In this document: piece by piece, positions 37,173-48,292 of the stretch
Layout of the letters: the number at the start of each line of letters is the position of its first letter
How positions within the stretch are numbered: the first letter of the stretch is position 1
Source: Acidobacteriota bacterium
GTDB taxonomy: Bacteria > Acidobacteriota > Thermoanaerobaculia > Gp7-AA8
Direction of reading: 5' to 3'
Length of the DNA: 64,000 bases
Assembly: GCA_019244185.1 (NCBI GenBank)
Contig: JAFATB010000025.1
Location: 352,798 to 416,797 of the forward strand
Program-made: the position numbers and the translations under genes
Notes under the pieces: model-generated
Told to the model about the DNA's origin: nothing
Database searches by the model: none
Seen by the model: only the letters and a program-made list of their open reading frames with translations

Positions 37173-37388
37173 TCAGTAGCGCCAGTGTCCCGGCACCCAC
37201 ACGCGGCGCGCGAATGCGCGGCGTTCGTAGTGACCGCTGATCCAGACCGCGCCGGCACGCGGCGGGCGCACCCAGCGGCCTTCGACGAGGACGAGCTCCG
37301 CGCGCGGCGGGCGGACGGCGACCGTGGTCGCGCATCCCGACAGCGCCAGCGCGCAGGTGACAGCGAGCGTTGCGAATGTCTTTCTCAT
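37173..37388 (-). CDS. Small lipoprotein with YXWGXW-like repeats
   Basis: LSGC lipobox; WISGHY and WVPGHW repeats. Confidence 0.75.
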   Translation of the reverse strand: MRKTFATLAVTCALALSGCATTVAVRPPRAELVLVEGRWVRPPRAGAVWISGHYERRAFARRVWVPGHWRY

Positions 37389-37433
37389 ACCGAAAAGACG
37401 CGGGCCGCGCCGCCGCTGTTTACGGCGTCAACG

Positions 37434-37553
37434 TCAATGCACGCCGTGCATCCGCAGCAGCATGTGCCACAGCCAGCTCCCGCCACCTGCAGCGAGTCCG
37501 ACGACGACCACGAGCAGAACGACGACGAGCACGACGTTCGAGCGTTTATTCAT
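37434..37553 (-). CDS. 39-aa single-TM peptide coupled to the ABC permease (MNKRSNVVL...LLRMHGVH)
   Basis: ATG overlaps the permease end (TATGAATAA); hydrophobic helix; His-containing tail. Confidence 0.55.
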   Translation of the reverse strand: MNKRSNVVLVVVLLVVVVGLAAGGGSWLWHMLLRMHGVH

Positions 37554-39926
37554 ACGCGAGTGCCTCCCGAATGGTGAGTTGCGACGCGCGCCACGCCGGC
37601 TGCAGGCTGGCGAGTGCGCCGAGGATGAGGACGAGTGCGAGCCAGCCGAGCGCGCCGGCGGGAGCGACGACGAACGGCAGCGGCGCGCCGATGAACATGC
37701 GCCCCGTGGTCGCGTTGACGAAGAGCGTGAGCGGCACGGCGAACGCGAGCGCGACGCACCAGCTGAGCGCACTGATCACGACGCCCTGCAGGACGACGTC
37801 GCGCGCGAGCGCGTTCGGCGTAGCGCCGAGGGAGCCCATGATGCCCAGCTCGCGCGTGCGCTCGACGACGCTGAGCGCCATCGTCGACGCCAGTCCGAGC
37901 GTGCCGACGAGCAGCACCAGCGTCGCCGCGAGCAGCAGCGCGGTGTTGATGATCACGAGATGATCGGCAAACGCCTGGCGCGTGTCGGCCAATGACTGCA
38001 CGGACGTGACGCGCGGCAACACGCGCTCGATCGCACGCGCGGCGGCGCGGCGCGTGGCCACGTCGTGCGCGCGCGTGACGATGCGGATGCTTCGCGTCGC
38101 CACGGGCGGCGGCGCTTCGGTCGTGTAGACGGCGGGAATCGGCGCGAGCTCTTTCACGACGCCGACGAGTCGCAGCGAGACGTCGCGGCCATCGACGCGC
38201 AGGCGCAGCGGATCGCCGAGGCGGAGCGGCGGCACGCGTGCGAGCAATGACTGATTCACGACAGCGACGCCGCGGTCGCCGGCGCGCAGCCAGCGGCCCT
38301 GCAGCAACGGCAGTGCGAGCAGCGACGTCGGCACCTGCGGCCGAACGAGCAGCGCGTGCTCGTCGTCGAGGCCGTGCACGCGCACGCGGACCGGCGTCTT
38401 CACGACGCGCGGCAGGCGCGCGACGCTCTCCGTCCAATACTCCGCGTGCGCGACCTCGGGAACGCGCGCCAGTGCATTCGCGAGCTCCGCGATGGGCCGC
38501 GGCTCCGCGAGACGCACGTCGAGGTCGTAGCGCCGCGCCTCCCCTTCTTCCGCGAGCACGCGTCGCCACGCGGCGGCGGCATCGAGCGTCGTCACGAACA
38601 CCGCGCCGCCCGCGGCGAGCGTCGCGACGGTGAGCGCGAGCCGCCCGCGGCGGCGAAACGCGGTGCGCAGCGAGAGCATCAGCGGACGCGGAAGCCACGC
38701 GATGCGCGCGAGCAGTCGATCGAATGCACTCGCGCCGAACGCGCGCCGTCCTGCATCGTTCGCCAGCGCGTCGTGTACCGAGATGCGCGACGCGTGCAGC
38801 ACAGGACCCGCGGCGACGAGGAGCGGCACGAGCAGTCCCGCCGCGATCTGTGCGGCGATCGCCCACGCCGGCACCGCGTGGCTGGCGACGGTCGCGTTGA
38901 GCATGTTCGCCGCGAACGCCGTGTACGCGCGGCCGGCCGCGAATCCGAGCGGCATGCCGAGGATGAGGGCGGCGCAGGCGAGAAGCGACACCTGCACGAG
39001 GTACAGCGCCGCGATCTGCGTCGTCGTCGCGCCGAGCGCCTTCATCACGCCGACCTGTCGCAGCTGTTCGGTGAGCAGCGCGTGGATCATCGTCGCCACG
39101 AGCACGGCCGAGAGCGCGAGCGCGAGGACGCCGAAGCAGCCGAGGAGAAAGAGGAATGTGGCCATCTGATCGGCGTGCGGGTGGCGGCCCGGGCGAGGGA
39201 TCTCGATGTCGACGACGTTGAGTCCGCGCCGCGCGAGCAGCGCGCGCACGTCGGACGCGACGACGCGGATGTGCGACTCGTCGAGCCGATCGCCGCGTAC
39301 GACGACGAGCAATCGCCCGCCGCGCGCGTGCTGCAGCGAACGCGGATTCGCGAAGGCGGCGACGTGATGATCCATCCACCCCGGCGCGAGTCCCGCGGCG
39401 TGCACGGTGCCGGCGATGCGCAGCGAGCGCTCGGTGCCGTCGGAGGTTTTCATCACGATGCGATCGCCGACCGCGGCGTGCGCGACCGACATCGACGAGC
39501 GTTCGACGAGAATCTCGTCCGGGCGCAGCGCGGCGAGACAATCGGCGATCGCTTTGCCGCCGCAGTCGGACGACGCGATGCGGTCGATGCGATTGCCGTC
39601 CATCACGAACAGCGTCATCGCGCGCGCGTCGCCGTTCGCGAGACGCGCGCGGGCGTAAATGGCCGGCCGCGACTCGGCCTCCGCGACGTCCGGCAGCGCG
39701 CGCACGGCGGCCAGCGCGGCGTCGTCGAGATGCTCGACGGTCAGCACCGCCGACGCCGGGATCGTTCCGTCGTACGTCGCCTTCAGCTCGCGCGTGAGAA
39801 TCGTGTACGACGTGAGGATCGTGCCGACACCGAACGCCCCCGCGGTCATCGCCAGCACCGCCAGCGCGCAGCGCACCGGATGCTCGGCGAGATCGCGCAC
39901 GACCTTCCGCCAGCGCGGCGCGAGCG

Positions 39927-39930
<4 letters not shown>
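37546..39930 (-). CDS. FtsX/MacB-like ABC transporter permease (double)
   Basis: QVGVMKALGA and ERTRELGIMGSLGA FtsX motifs; ATGA overlap with the ATPase. Confidence 0.88.
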
Positions 39931-40604
<674 letters not shown>

Positions 40605-40619
40605 GCTACGCGGCGCGCG

Positions 40620-40659
40620 CTGAACGCGTACTGAATGATTCGTTCAGCTTCCGTTCAGC
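40620..40659. promoter_or_regulatory. Paired 11-bp-spaced direct repeats: putative OmpR/PhoB-family binding sites
   Basis: CTGAA-N6-CTGAA (40620-40635) and TTCAG-N6-TTCAG (40643-40658) in the divergent intergenic region. Confidence 0.6.
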
Positions 40660-40680
40660 GGCGCCGCGAAAGATGCAGCC

Positions 40681-41343
40681 ATGCGCGTGTTGGTCGTCGA
40701 AGACGAGCCTCGCCTGAACGAGCAGCTCGCCGCGAGCCTCGAGGAAGCGGGCTACGCGGTCGATCGCGCGCTCGACGGCGAGCGCGCCGACTTTCTCGCG
40801 CGCACCGAGCGCTACGACGCGCTCCTCCTTGACCTCGGCCTGCCCAACGTCGACGGCCTCACGCTGCTGCGCCGCTGGCGCGACGCCGGCATCGGCGTGC
40901 CCGTGCTCGTCCTCACCGCGCGCGGCAGCTGGCACGAGACGGTGCAGGGCATCGACGGCGGCGCCGACGACTACGTCGCGAAACCGTTTCGCATCGAGGA
41001 GGTGCTCGCGCGGCTGCGCGCGCTCATCCGCCGCGCGACGGGACAGACCACGCCCGAGCTGCGCTGCGGCGCGATCGTGCTCGATCCGCGCAGCGGCAAA
41101 GTCACGCGCGCCGATGCGCCGGTGCGCCTCACCAGCCACGAGTACCGCGTCCTGTCGTACCTCATGCACCACCGCGGCCGCGTGATCTCGCAGGCGGAGC
41201 TCACCGAGCACATTTACGCGCAGGACTTCGACCGCGACTCGAACACCGTCGAAGTCTTCATCGCGCGCCTGCGCCGCAAGCTCGGCGCCGAGACGATCGA
41301 GACCTTGCGCGGCCTCGGCTACCGCATGGAGTGCGAACGGTGA
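40681..41343 (+). CDS. OmpR/PhoP-family response regulator
   Basis: VVEDE, DLGLP, GADDYVAKPF, winged helix (SNTVEVFIARLRRKLG, TLRGLGY). Confidence 0.95.
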   Translation: MRVLVVEDEPRLNEQLAASLEEAGYAVDRALDGERADFLARTERYDALLLDLGLPNVDGLTLLRRWRDAGIGVPVLVLTARGSWHETVQGIDGGADDYVAKPFRIEEVLARLRALIRRATGQTTPELRCGAIVLDPRSGKVTRADAPVRLTSHEYRVLSYLMHHRGRVISQAELTEHIYAQDFDRDSNTVEVFIARLRRKLGAETIETLRGLGYRMECER

Positions 41344-42308
41344 CGCCGCGACGCTGGCTCCCGCGCTCGTTCCGCGCGCGCCTGCTCGCCGGCGCAATCC
41401 TCTGGACCGCCGGCCTGCTACCGCTCATGCATCTGCTGATGATGTTCGCCGTGCGCCGCCGCTACCACTGGGTCATCACGATCGATCATCACCACCTCGT
41501 CATCGCCGCGCTGCTGCTGCTCCTGTGCGGCGTGCTCGCGCTGCGCCGTCCCGTCACGTCGCTCGCGGAGCTGCGCGCGCGCCTCGCGGCGGTGCGCGAC
41601 GGCCGCGCATCGCGCGTCGACGGCACGTATCCGAGCGAAATCCAGGCGCTCGTCGACGAGCTGAATGCGCTGCTCACGGACCGCGAGCAGCAGGTCGCGC
41701 GCGCCGTCGCGAAAGCGGGCGATCTCGCGCACGGCCTCAAGACGCCGCTCGCGCTGCTGCTGCAGGAAGCGGAGCAGTCGCCTCAGGTCGCGCAGCAGGT
41801 CGAGCGGATGCGACGCCAGATCGACTATCACCTCGCCCACGCCCGCGCCGCCGCCTCCGGCGCGACCCTCGGCGCGCGGACCTCGATCCGCGATTCCGCG
41901 AACGCGCTCGCGCGCACGATGCTGCGCCTGCACGCGACGCGTGGCGTCACCATCGACGTCGACGCCGCGCCCGAGTACGCGTTCCGCGGCGGACGCGAAG
42001 ACCTCGACGAGATGCTCGGCAATCTCCTCGACAACGCCTGCAAGTGGGCGCGAACGCGCGTCACCGTGACGTCGTCGCTCGACGGCGCGCAGGTCGTCAT
42101 CGAGGTCGACGACGACGGTCCCGGCATCGATCCGTCGCTGCGCGACCGCGTGCTGCAGCGCGGCGTGCGCGCCGACGAGGCCGCGCCCGGCTCCGGCTTC
42201 GGACTCGCCATCGTGCGCGATCTCGCGGAGGTCTACGGCGGCTCGATTGCGCTCGACCGCGCGTCCCTCGGCGGCCTGCGCGCGACGCTGCGGCTGCCGT
42301 CGGCGTGA
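41340..42308 (+). CDS. Sensor histidine kinase (PhoQ/FeuQ-like, minimal extracytoplasmic loop)
   Basis: LAHGLKTPL H-box, NLLDNACKW, DDDGPG, GSGFGL. Confidence 0.92.
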   Translation: MTPRRWLPRSFRARLLAGAILWTAGLLPLMHLLMMFAVRRRYHWVITIDHHHLVIAALLLLLCGVLALRRPVTSLAELRARLAAVRDGRASRVDGTYPSEIQALVDELNALLTDREQQVARAVAKAGDLAHGLKTPLALLLQEAEQSPQVAQQVERMRRQIDYHLAHARAAASGATLGARTSIRDSANALARTMLRLHATRGVTIDVDAAPEYAFRGGREDLDEMLGNLLDNACKWARTRVTVTSSLDGAQVVIEVDDDGPGIDPSLRDRVLQRGVRADEAAPGSGFGLAIVRDLAEVYGGSIALDRASLGGLRATLRLPSA

Positions 42309-42313
42309 CGCGC

Positions 42314-42577
42314 TCAGCGCGCGACGGCGGGCGTCCGCTGCCACGCGCTCAGCAGCACGAGCAGCCCCGGCACGAGGAAGATCGCCATCGACGGATCGCG
42401 CGCGATCGTCAGCAGCGCCGCGATCGCGAAGCCGGTGTACGCGAGCCCGACCAGCAGCGCCGGCGCCGGCGTCGTCGCGCGTCCGCGGCGGGTCTACACG
42501 AAATACGCGATCGCGATCGCGCCGAAGGTCACCATCGCCAGACCGGCGAAATGCCACGGCACGCGCAAGCCGCACAT
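42314..42577 (-). pseudogene. Small 3-TM membrane protein gene interrupted by an in-frame TAG
   Basis: MCGLRVPWHFAGLAMVTFGAIAIAYFV*TRRGRATTPAPALLVGLAYTGFAIAALLTIARDPSMAIFLVPGLLVLLSAWQRTPAVAR; TAG at 42496-42494; coding-like codon bias on both sides. Confidence 0.5.
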
Positions 42578-42589
42578 CGGCCGCGGATT

Positions 42590-43528
42590 CTACGACGTGA
42601 CGCGGTTGCGCCCTTCGCGCTTCGAGCGGTACAGCAGCTCGTCGGCGCGCGCGAGCACCGCTTCGGGCTGCTCGTTCGCCGCGGTCGCGGAGCAGACGCC
42701 GAACGACGACGTGAGCTTGATCGCGAGGCCGTCGTACGTGAAGGTCTGCTCTTCCAGCGTGGCGCGGATGCGCTCGGCGATGCGCGCCGCAAGCTCGAGC
42801 GGCGTGTCGGGAAGCGCGATCGCGAACTCCTCGCCGCCCATGCGCGCGAAGATGTCGGCGTCGCGCACGAACTGCGTCGTGATCAGCGCCGACGTCGCGC
42901 GGAGGATGTGGTCGCCCGCGGCGTGGCCGTACTGGTCGTTGACCTGCTTGAAGTTGTCGAAGTCGAAGGTGATCACGCCGACCGGATGCTCGGTGCTCGC
43001 GGTATCGATGAGAAATCCGAGGCGCGCGAGGAGGTAGGCGTTGTTGAAGGTGCCGGTGAGCTGGTCGGTGATCCCGCGCGCGTGCAGCGCCTCGGTGAAC
43101 TCGACTTCGAGCAGCGAGTCGACGAACTTGAAGACGCAGTTGCCGAGCTTGAGCAGCGCGCCCTGCAGCAGCACCACCGGCGTGCGGATGCGCATCCCGT
43201 TGACGAGCGTGCCGTTCGTGCTCGCGAGGTCGTTGATCGTGACCGTATCGCGCACGCGAATGACCTCGGCGTGAATGCCGCTGACCGCACGCTCGCGCAC
43301 GCGGATGTCGCACTCCGGCCGCCGTCCGATGATCTGCCGTCCGGGATGGACGCGGAAGACCTGACCGGGAAGGTCGCCCTCGAGCATGATCAGCGCGGGC
43401 TCGTGCGTCTGCGCGCGCTCAACCGGGTCGTGGCGCTCCGCCGTTTCCACGCGGACTTCGGTGGTCTTGCGGGGTAACGGCTTTTCTTCGGCACCGGAAC
43501 GCATAACGTGTCTGAACCGCTCGAGCAT
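42590..43528 (-). CDS. FHA-GGDEF diguanylate cyclase
   Basis: FHA (IGR...VSGIHA...DLASTNGTLVN) plus DNFKQVNDQYGHAAGD and RMGGEEF. Confidence 0.92.
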   Translation of the reverse strand: MLERFRHVMRSGAEEKPLPRKTTEVRVETAERHDPVERAQTHEPALIMLEGDLPGQVFRVHPGRQIIGRRPECDIRVRERAVSGIHAEVIRVRDTVTINDLASTNGTLVNGMRIRTPVVLLQGALLKLGNCVFKFVDSLLEVEFTEALHARGITDQLTGTFNNAYLLARLGFLIDTASTEHPVGVITFDFDNFKQVNDQYGHAAGDHILRATSALITTQFVRDADIFARMGGEEFAIALPDTPLELAARIAERIRATLEEQTFTYDGLAIKLTSSFGVCSATAANEQPEAVLARADELLYRSKREGRNRVTS

Positions 43529-43570
43529 GGGCGTTGACCGCTAAGTGTAATACGGACCGGGCGTTCGTCG

Positions 43571-44452
43571 ATGCCGCGTCCCGCCTCCGGCACAATCCGC
43601 GCAAGAAACCGCGGCGTGGAAATCCGCGTTTCGTCGTGGGCCGAACTGCAGGACGCCGTCTTCGACGACGCGTGGCAGCCCGCGCTGTCGCGCCACCGCT
43701 CGAACTGCGTCTTCCGCGGCGTGCCGCGCGCGCGACACGCCCTCGCGACGAGCCTGCAAACCGGCGGATTCGAGGCGCAGGAGCGCCATCTCCTCACCAG
43801 CTTCCGCAAGTACGCGCTGCGCAGCGCCGTGCACGGCGACTGGGTCTGGAACTGGCTCTCCGTCGCGAAACACCACGGCCTGCCGACGCGCCTCCTCGAC
43901 TGGACCTATTCGCCGCTCGTGGCCATGCACTTCGCCACCCACGACATCCGCCACTTCGACGAGGACGCGGCGATCTGGTGCGTCGACTACCGCAAGACGA
44001 ACGAGCTGCTCCCCAAGCCGCTGCGGAAGATCCTCGACGAAGAAGACGTCAACCTCTTTACTACCGAGCTCCTCAACCGCGCCGCAACAACCCTCAGCGA
44101 ATTCGACACGCTCGCGAAGCACGACTTCGTGGTCTTCTTCGAGCCGCCGTCGCTCGACGAGCGCATCGTGAATCAGTTCGCACTGTTCTCGCTGCCGTCG
44201 AGCCCGACGATGTCGCTGCAGTCGCTCCTCGAACAACGCGAGTCGTCGTACCGCCGCATCATCATCCCCGCGGCGCTGAAGTGGGAAGTCCGCGACAAGC
44301 TCGATCAGGCCAACGTCACCGAGCGCGTCCTCTTCCCCGGCCTCGACGGCCTGTCCCAATGGCTGAAACGCTACTTCACGACCAGGCCCGGGGATGACGA
44401 GGAGGACCGACGAGGAGCGCCTCCGGCGGGCCGGCGCGGCCGGCAGCGCTGA
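43571..44452 (+). CDS. FRG domain protein
   Basis: VFRG, KHHGLPTRLLDWTYSPLVAMHFA, RIVNQ, LFPGLDG. True start may be GTG 43616. Confidence 0.9.
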   Translation: MPRPASGTIRARNRGVEIRVSSWAELQDAVFDDAWQPALSRHRSNCVFRGVPRARHALATSLQTGGFEAQERHLLTSFRKYALRSAVHGDWVWNWLSVAKHHGLPTRLLDWTYSPLVAMHFATHDIRHFDEDAAIWCVDYRKTNELLPKPLRKILDEEDVNLFTTELLNRAATTLSEFDTLAKHDFVVFFEPPSLDERIVNQFALFSLPSSPTMSLQSLLEQRESSYRRIIIPAALKWEVRDKLDQANVTERVLFPGLDGLSQWLKRYFTTRPGDDEEDRRGAPPAGRRGRQR

Positions 44453-44534
44453 GGGCCCAGCCAGTACGCACGTGCGTCTAGGCTAGGCCCTCAGCGCTGC
44501 CGGCCGTGCCGGCCCGCCGGAGGCGCTCCCGGTC
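44405..44534. repeat. REP-like long palindrome centred on CGCACGTGCG, between convergent FRG gene and parC
   Basis: GGAGCGCCTCCGGCGGGCCGGC...(44414) pairs with ...GCCGGCCCGCCGGAGGCGCTCC (44529). Nearly identical to the 55568-55752 copy. Confidence 0.88.
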
Positions 44535-46845
44535 AATTCACCATGTCGGCCGTGCGTCCGTCGCGGTCGCTCCAGGCGCGGATGAACGTCACGGTTTGGA
44601 AGCCGCGCGGCAGCTTGAGGCCGCGTTGTGCGCGTTTGCCAAGGTAGGGGTCGAGATCGGCGCCTTTCAGATTCGTGAAGCGCTTGCCGGCGTGGACGAC
44701 GAGGGTGCCGTCCTGGGGGACGACGGCGACGCCGACGACCTTCTCCGGTGCGATGGGAGTGCGGTGCAGTTTGATCGTTTGCACGCCTTTGCCGCGGGCG
44801 AGCGGGGGGAGCTCGGCGGCTTCGAAGAGCAGCAGCTTTCCTTCGGAGGATGCCGCGGCGATGCGGTCCGTCTCGTAGCTCGTGACGCGTTGCGGGCGCA
44901 GCACCGTCGCGCCCTTGCCGACGTTCACGACCGCCTTGCCCGCTTTGAGGCGCGTCATCATGTCCTCGAGGCGGGTGATGAAGCCGTAGCCGTCGTCGGT
45001 GGCGAGGAGCCAGAGGTCGTCGGGCTCGCCCATCATCACGGCGACGAACGTCGCGCCGGCGGGCGGCGCGAGGGAAGACGTGAGCGGCTCGCCGTGGCCT
45101 TTCGCGGACGGCAGCTCGTGTGCGGGCAGCGAGTACGTGCGGCCGGTCGAGTCGATGAAGACCGCGAGCTGATTGCTGCGCCCTTTCGCGGCGTAGAGGA
45201 ACGCATCGCCCGACTTGTACTGCAGCGCGGTCGGATCGAGATCGTGTCCCTTGCCGGCGCGGACCCAGCCGCGTTCCGAGAGCACGACCGTCACCGGCTC
45301 GGAGGGGATCAGCGCCGTCGCATCGAGCGCCTTCGCCGCCTCGCGCTCGACGATCGGTGAGCGGCGACGATCGCCGAACTCCTCGGCATCGCGGAGCAGC
45401 TCATCGCGGACCTGCTTGCGGAGACGTGCTTTCGAGCCGAGGACTTTCTCGAGGTCGGAGCGTTCGTCCTGCAGTTTCTTCTGCTCCCCGCGGATCTCCA
45501 TCTCTTCGAGGCGATTGAGGTAGCGCAGGCGCAGCTCGAGGATGTACTCGGTCTGAATCTCCGTCAGCGAGAAGCGCTTCATCAGCACCGGCTTCGGCTC
45601 GTCCTCGGTGCGGATGATGCGGATCACCTCGTCGACGTTGAGGTACGCGACCATGAGGCCGTCGAGGAGGTGCAGGCGCGCGTTGACCTGATCGTAGCGA
45701 TGCTGCAGGCGGCGCCGCACCGTCTCGATGCGGAACTCCAGCCATTCCGCGAGCAGATCGCGCAGGTTGAAGAGGCGCGGCCTCCCGTCGAGCGCGATCA
45801 TGTTCATGTTCACGCGGTACGAGCGCTCGAGGTCCGTGGTCGCAAAGAGGTGCGTCATCAGCTCGTCGAGATCGACGCGGTTCGAGCGCGGCACGATCAC
45901 GAGGCGCGTCGGCGACTCCTGGTCCGACTCGTCGCGCACGTCCTCGACCATCGGCAGCTTCTTGGCTTGCATCTGCTGCGCGATCTGCTGCTGGACCTTC
46001 GCGCCGGAGACCTGGAACGGCAGCGCGTGGATGACGAGCTCGCCGTCCTCGATGTCCCACTTCGCGCGCTGGCGGATCGAGCCGTTGCCGGTCTTGTACA
46101 TCTCGCGAATCTCGGCGGGCGGCGTGATGATCTCCGCGGCGGTCGGGAAGTCGGGACCTTTCACGTGTTTCGTCAGCTGCGCGAGCGTCGCGTCGGGATT
46201 GTCGAGCAGCTCCACGCACGCGTTCACCACCTCGCGCAGGTTGTGCGACGGGATGTCGGTGGCCATGCCGACGGCGATGCCGGACGCGCCGTTGAGCAGC
46301 ACGTGCGGCAACCGCGACGGCAGCAGCTTCGGCTCTTTCAGCGTGCCGTCGAAGTTCTGTCCCCACTCGACCGTGCCCTGTTCGAGCTCGGAGAGCAGCG
46401 ACTGCGCGAACTTCGCGAGCTTCGCTTCCGTGTAGCGCATCGCCGCGAAGCTCTTCGGATCGTCGGGCGAGCCCCAGTTGCCCTGTCCCTCGACCAATGG
46501 ATAGCGCATGGAGAACGGCTGCGCCATCAGCACCATCGCCTCGTAGCAGGCCGAGTCGCCGTGCGGGTGGAACTTGCCGATCACGTCGCCGACGGTGCGC
46601 GCCGACTTTTTCGGCTTCGCGTTCGGCCCGAGACCGAGCTCCGACATCGCGTAGACGATGCGGCGCTGGACCGGCTTCAAGCCGTCGGCGAGATGCGGCA
46701 GCGCGCGGTCGAGGATGACGTACATCGAATAGTCGAGGTACGCCTTGCGCGCGAAGTCGCCGACCGGAAGCTGTTCGATGTCGGGAAGGGTGGGAGGCGG
46801 CGGCGTGAAGGTCAGTTGCGAATTGCGCGGTTTCCTGGTGGCCAT
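44533..46845 (-). CDS. parC: DNA topoisomerase IV subunit A
   Basis: [40 protein letters not shown] (catalytic Tyr); no GyrA-box seen. Confidence 0.93.
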   Translation of the reverse strand: MATRKPRNSQLTFTPPPPTLPDIEQLPVGDFARKAYLDYSMYVILDRALPHLADGLKPVQRRIVYAMSELGLGPNAKPKKSARTVGDVIGKFHPHGDSACYEAMVLMAQPFSMRYPLVEGQGNWGSPDDPKSFAAMRYTEAKLAKFAQSLLSELEQGTVEWGQNFDGTLKEPKLLPSRLPHVLLNGASGIAVGMATDIPSHNLREVVNACVELLDNPDATLAQLTKHVKGPDFPTAAEIITPPAEIREMYKTGNGSIRQRAKWDIEDGELVIHALPFQVSGAKVQQQIAQQMQAKKLPMVEDVRDESDQESPTRLVIVPRSNRVDLDELMTHLFATTDLERSYRVNMNMIALDGRPRLFNLRDLLAEWLEFRIETVRRRLQHRYDQVNARLHLLDGLMVAYLNVDEVIRIIRTEDEPKPVLMKRFSLTEIQTEYILELRLRYLNRLEEMEIRGEQKKLQDERSDLEKVLGSKARLRKQVRDELLRDAEEFGDRRRSPIVEREAAKALDATALIPSEPVTVVLSERGWVRAGKGHDLDPTALQYKSGDAFLYAAKGRSNQLAVFIDSTGRTYSLPAHELPSAKGHGEPLTSSLAPPAGATFVAVMMGEPDDLWLLATDDGYGFITRLEDMMTRLKAGKAVVNVGKGATVLRPQRVTSYETDRIAAASSEGKLLLFEAAELPPLARGKGVQTIKLHRTPIAPEKVVGVAVVPQDGTLVVHAGKRFTNLKGADLDPYLGKRAQRGLKLPRGFQTVTFIRAWSDRDGRTADMVN

Positions 46846-46910
46846 GAATGCGGCGCATAAAGTAGCGCATCTCCTTCCGCGAAAGCGACTGCCGCACTAC
46901 CATCGCGCGC

Positions 46911-48269
46911 ATGGAGCTTCCGTGGTCGCTCGATGAAGTCGCGCGCGCGTCCGACGAGCAGGTCGTGCGCCGCCGCTTCGGGCAGCGCAACGTGGTCTGG
47001 CTCTTCGTGCTGCTGCTGTTCTACGGCGCCGTCGCCGTCATGGAGATGGTGGCCAGCACGCGCACACCGTTCGATCTCGTGATCGCTTCCGCGAACTTCA
47101 CCCTCGTCGCGATCGCCCTGCTGTTTCTCCGCGACGCGCATCGGCTCGAGAAAGGCGGAGCGGGCGTGTGGGGGCCGGGACGCTGGATTCGCAACCACGT
47201 CAGCGCGGCCGTGATCACGTACGTCACGCTGCAGTTCGTGCTCTCGCTCGCCTTCACGCGGCACAGCAACGACTACACCGGGTGGATCGTCACCGTGCCG
47301 CTGATGATGATGGGCTTCCGCATGATCGTCGCGGAGATCGTGCTGCTGCACGCGATCCTCGCCGCGACGTCGGTGATCACGCTGTTCCTCCTGCCGATGG
47401 AGAAGCACGAGGGCGTCGGCTTCTACATCGCCATCGCCTCGATCAATGTGATCGCCATGGCCATCGAGCTCTTCACCTCGTATCGCCTGCGCCGCCAGGT
47501 GCTGGCCGAGTTCACCGAGCGCCGCTCGCAGGCGCGCGAGCAGATCCGCATGCGCGACGAGCTGCGTTACGCGCGCGAGCTGCAATTGAGCATGCTCCCC
47601 GAGCACGCGCCGCGGCTCGACTGGGTCGACCTCAGCAGCATGTCCGTGCCGGCCACCGAAGTCGGCGGCGACTACTACGACTACTTCATCGACGGCGACC
47701 GCATCGCGCTCGTCTGCGGCGACGTCGCCGGCCACGGCATGGCCGCGGGACTCGTGCTCTCGGCCGTGCGCAGCGGCTTCACGCTCCTGCGCGAGGCGCT
47801 CACCGATCCCGCGCTCGTGCTCCAGCGGCTGCACGACCTCGTCGCGCAGACCAGCCGCAGGCGCATGCTCGTCACCGTCGCGGTCGTGCTGCTCGATCGT
47901 GCGACGCGCACCGCGACCGTCGCGAGCGCCGGACATCCGCCGATCGTCCTGCGCCGCGTGGACGGCTCCGTCGAGACGATCGACCTCTACGCGCCCCCGC
48001 TCGGCGTGAAGCTGCCCGTCGCGATTCCGCAGCGGCAGCTCACCTTCGCCAGCGGCGACGTCTTCGTCCTGCACAGCGACGGCATCTACGAGACCACGAA
48101 CGCGCGCGGCGACACGTACGGCTTCGAACGGTTGGAGCGCGTCGTCGCGGAACACGGCGCCGCGCGCGCGGAAGAGCTCCGCGATGCGATCCTCCGCGAC
48201 GTCGCGGCATTCCGCGGCGAGCGCGAGCTGCACGACGACATCACCATCGTCGTCGCCCGCATCGCGTAA
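46911..48269 (+). CDS. Membrane-bound PP2C/SpoIIE (RsbU-like) phosphatase
   Basis: About 6 TM N-terminus; EVGGDYYD, GDVAGHG, SDGIYE, DDITIV. Confidence 0.9.
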   Translation: MELPWSLDEVARASDEQVVRRRFGQRNVVWLFVLLLFYGAVAVMEMVASTRTPFDLVIASANFTLVAIALLFLRDAHRLEKGGAGVWGPGRWIRNHVSAAVITYVTLQFVLSLAFTRHSNDYTGWIVTVPLMMMGFRMIVAEIVLLHAILAATSVITLFLLPMEKHEGVGFYIAIASINVIAMAIELFTSYRLRRQVLAEFTERRSQAREQIRMRDELRYARELQLSMLPEHAPRLDWVDLSSMSVPATEVGGDYYDYFIDGDRIALVCGDVAGHGMAAGLVLSAVRSGFTLLREALTDPALVLQRLHDLVAQTSRRRMLVTVAVVLLDRATRTATVASAGHPPIVLRRVDGSVETIDLYAPPLGVKLPVAIPQRQLTFASGDVFVLHSDGIYETTNARGDTYGFERLERVVAEHGAARAEELRDAILRDVAAFRGERELHDDITIVVARIA

Positions 48270-48292
48270 ATATGGTGTAGTACCATATCGCC

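Noticed and set aside
43571-44452. FRG gene as part of a defence island
   Set aside because: Neighbours are housekeeping or signalling genes with host-like composition; no other defence genes nearby.
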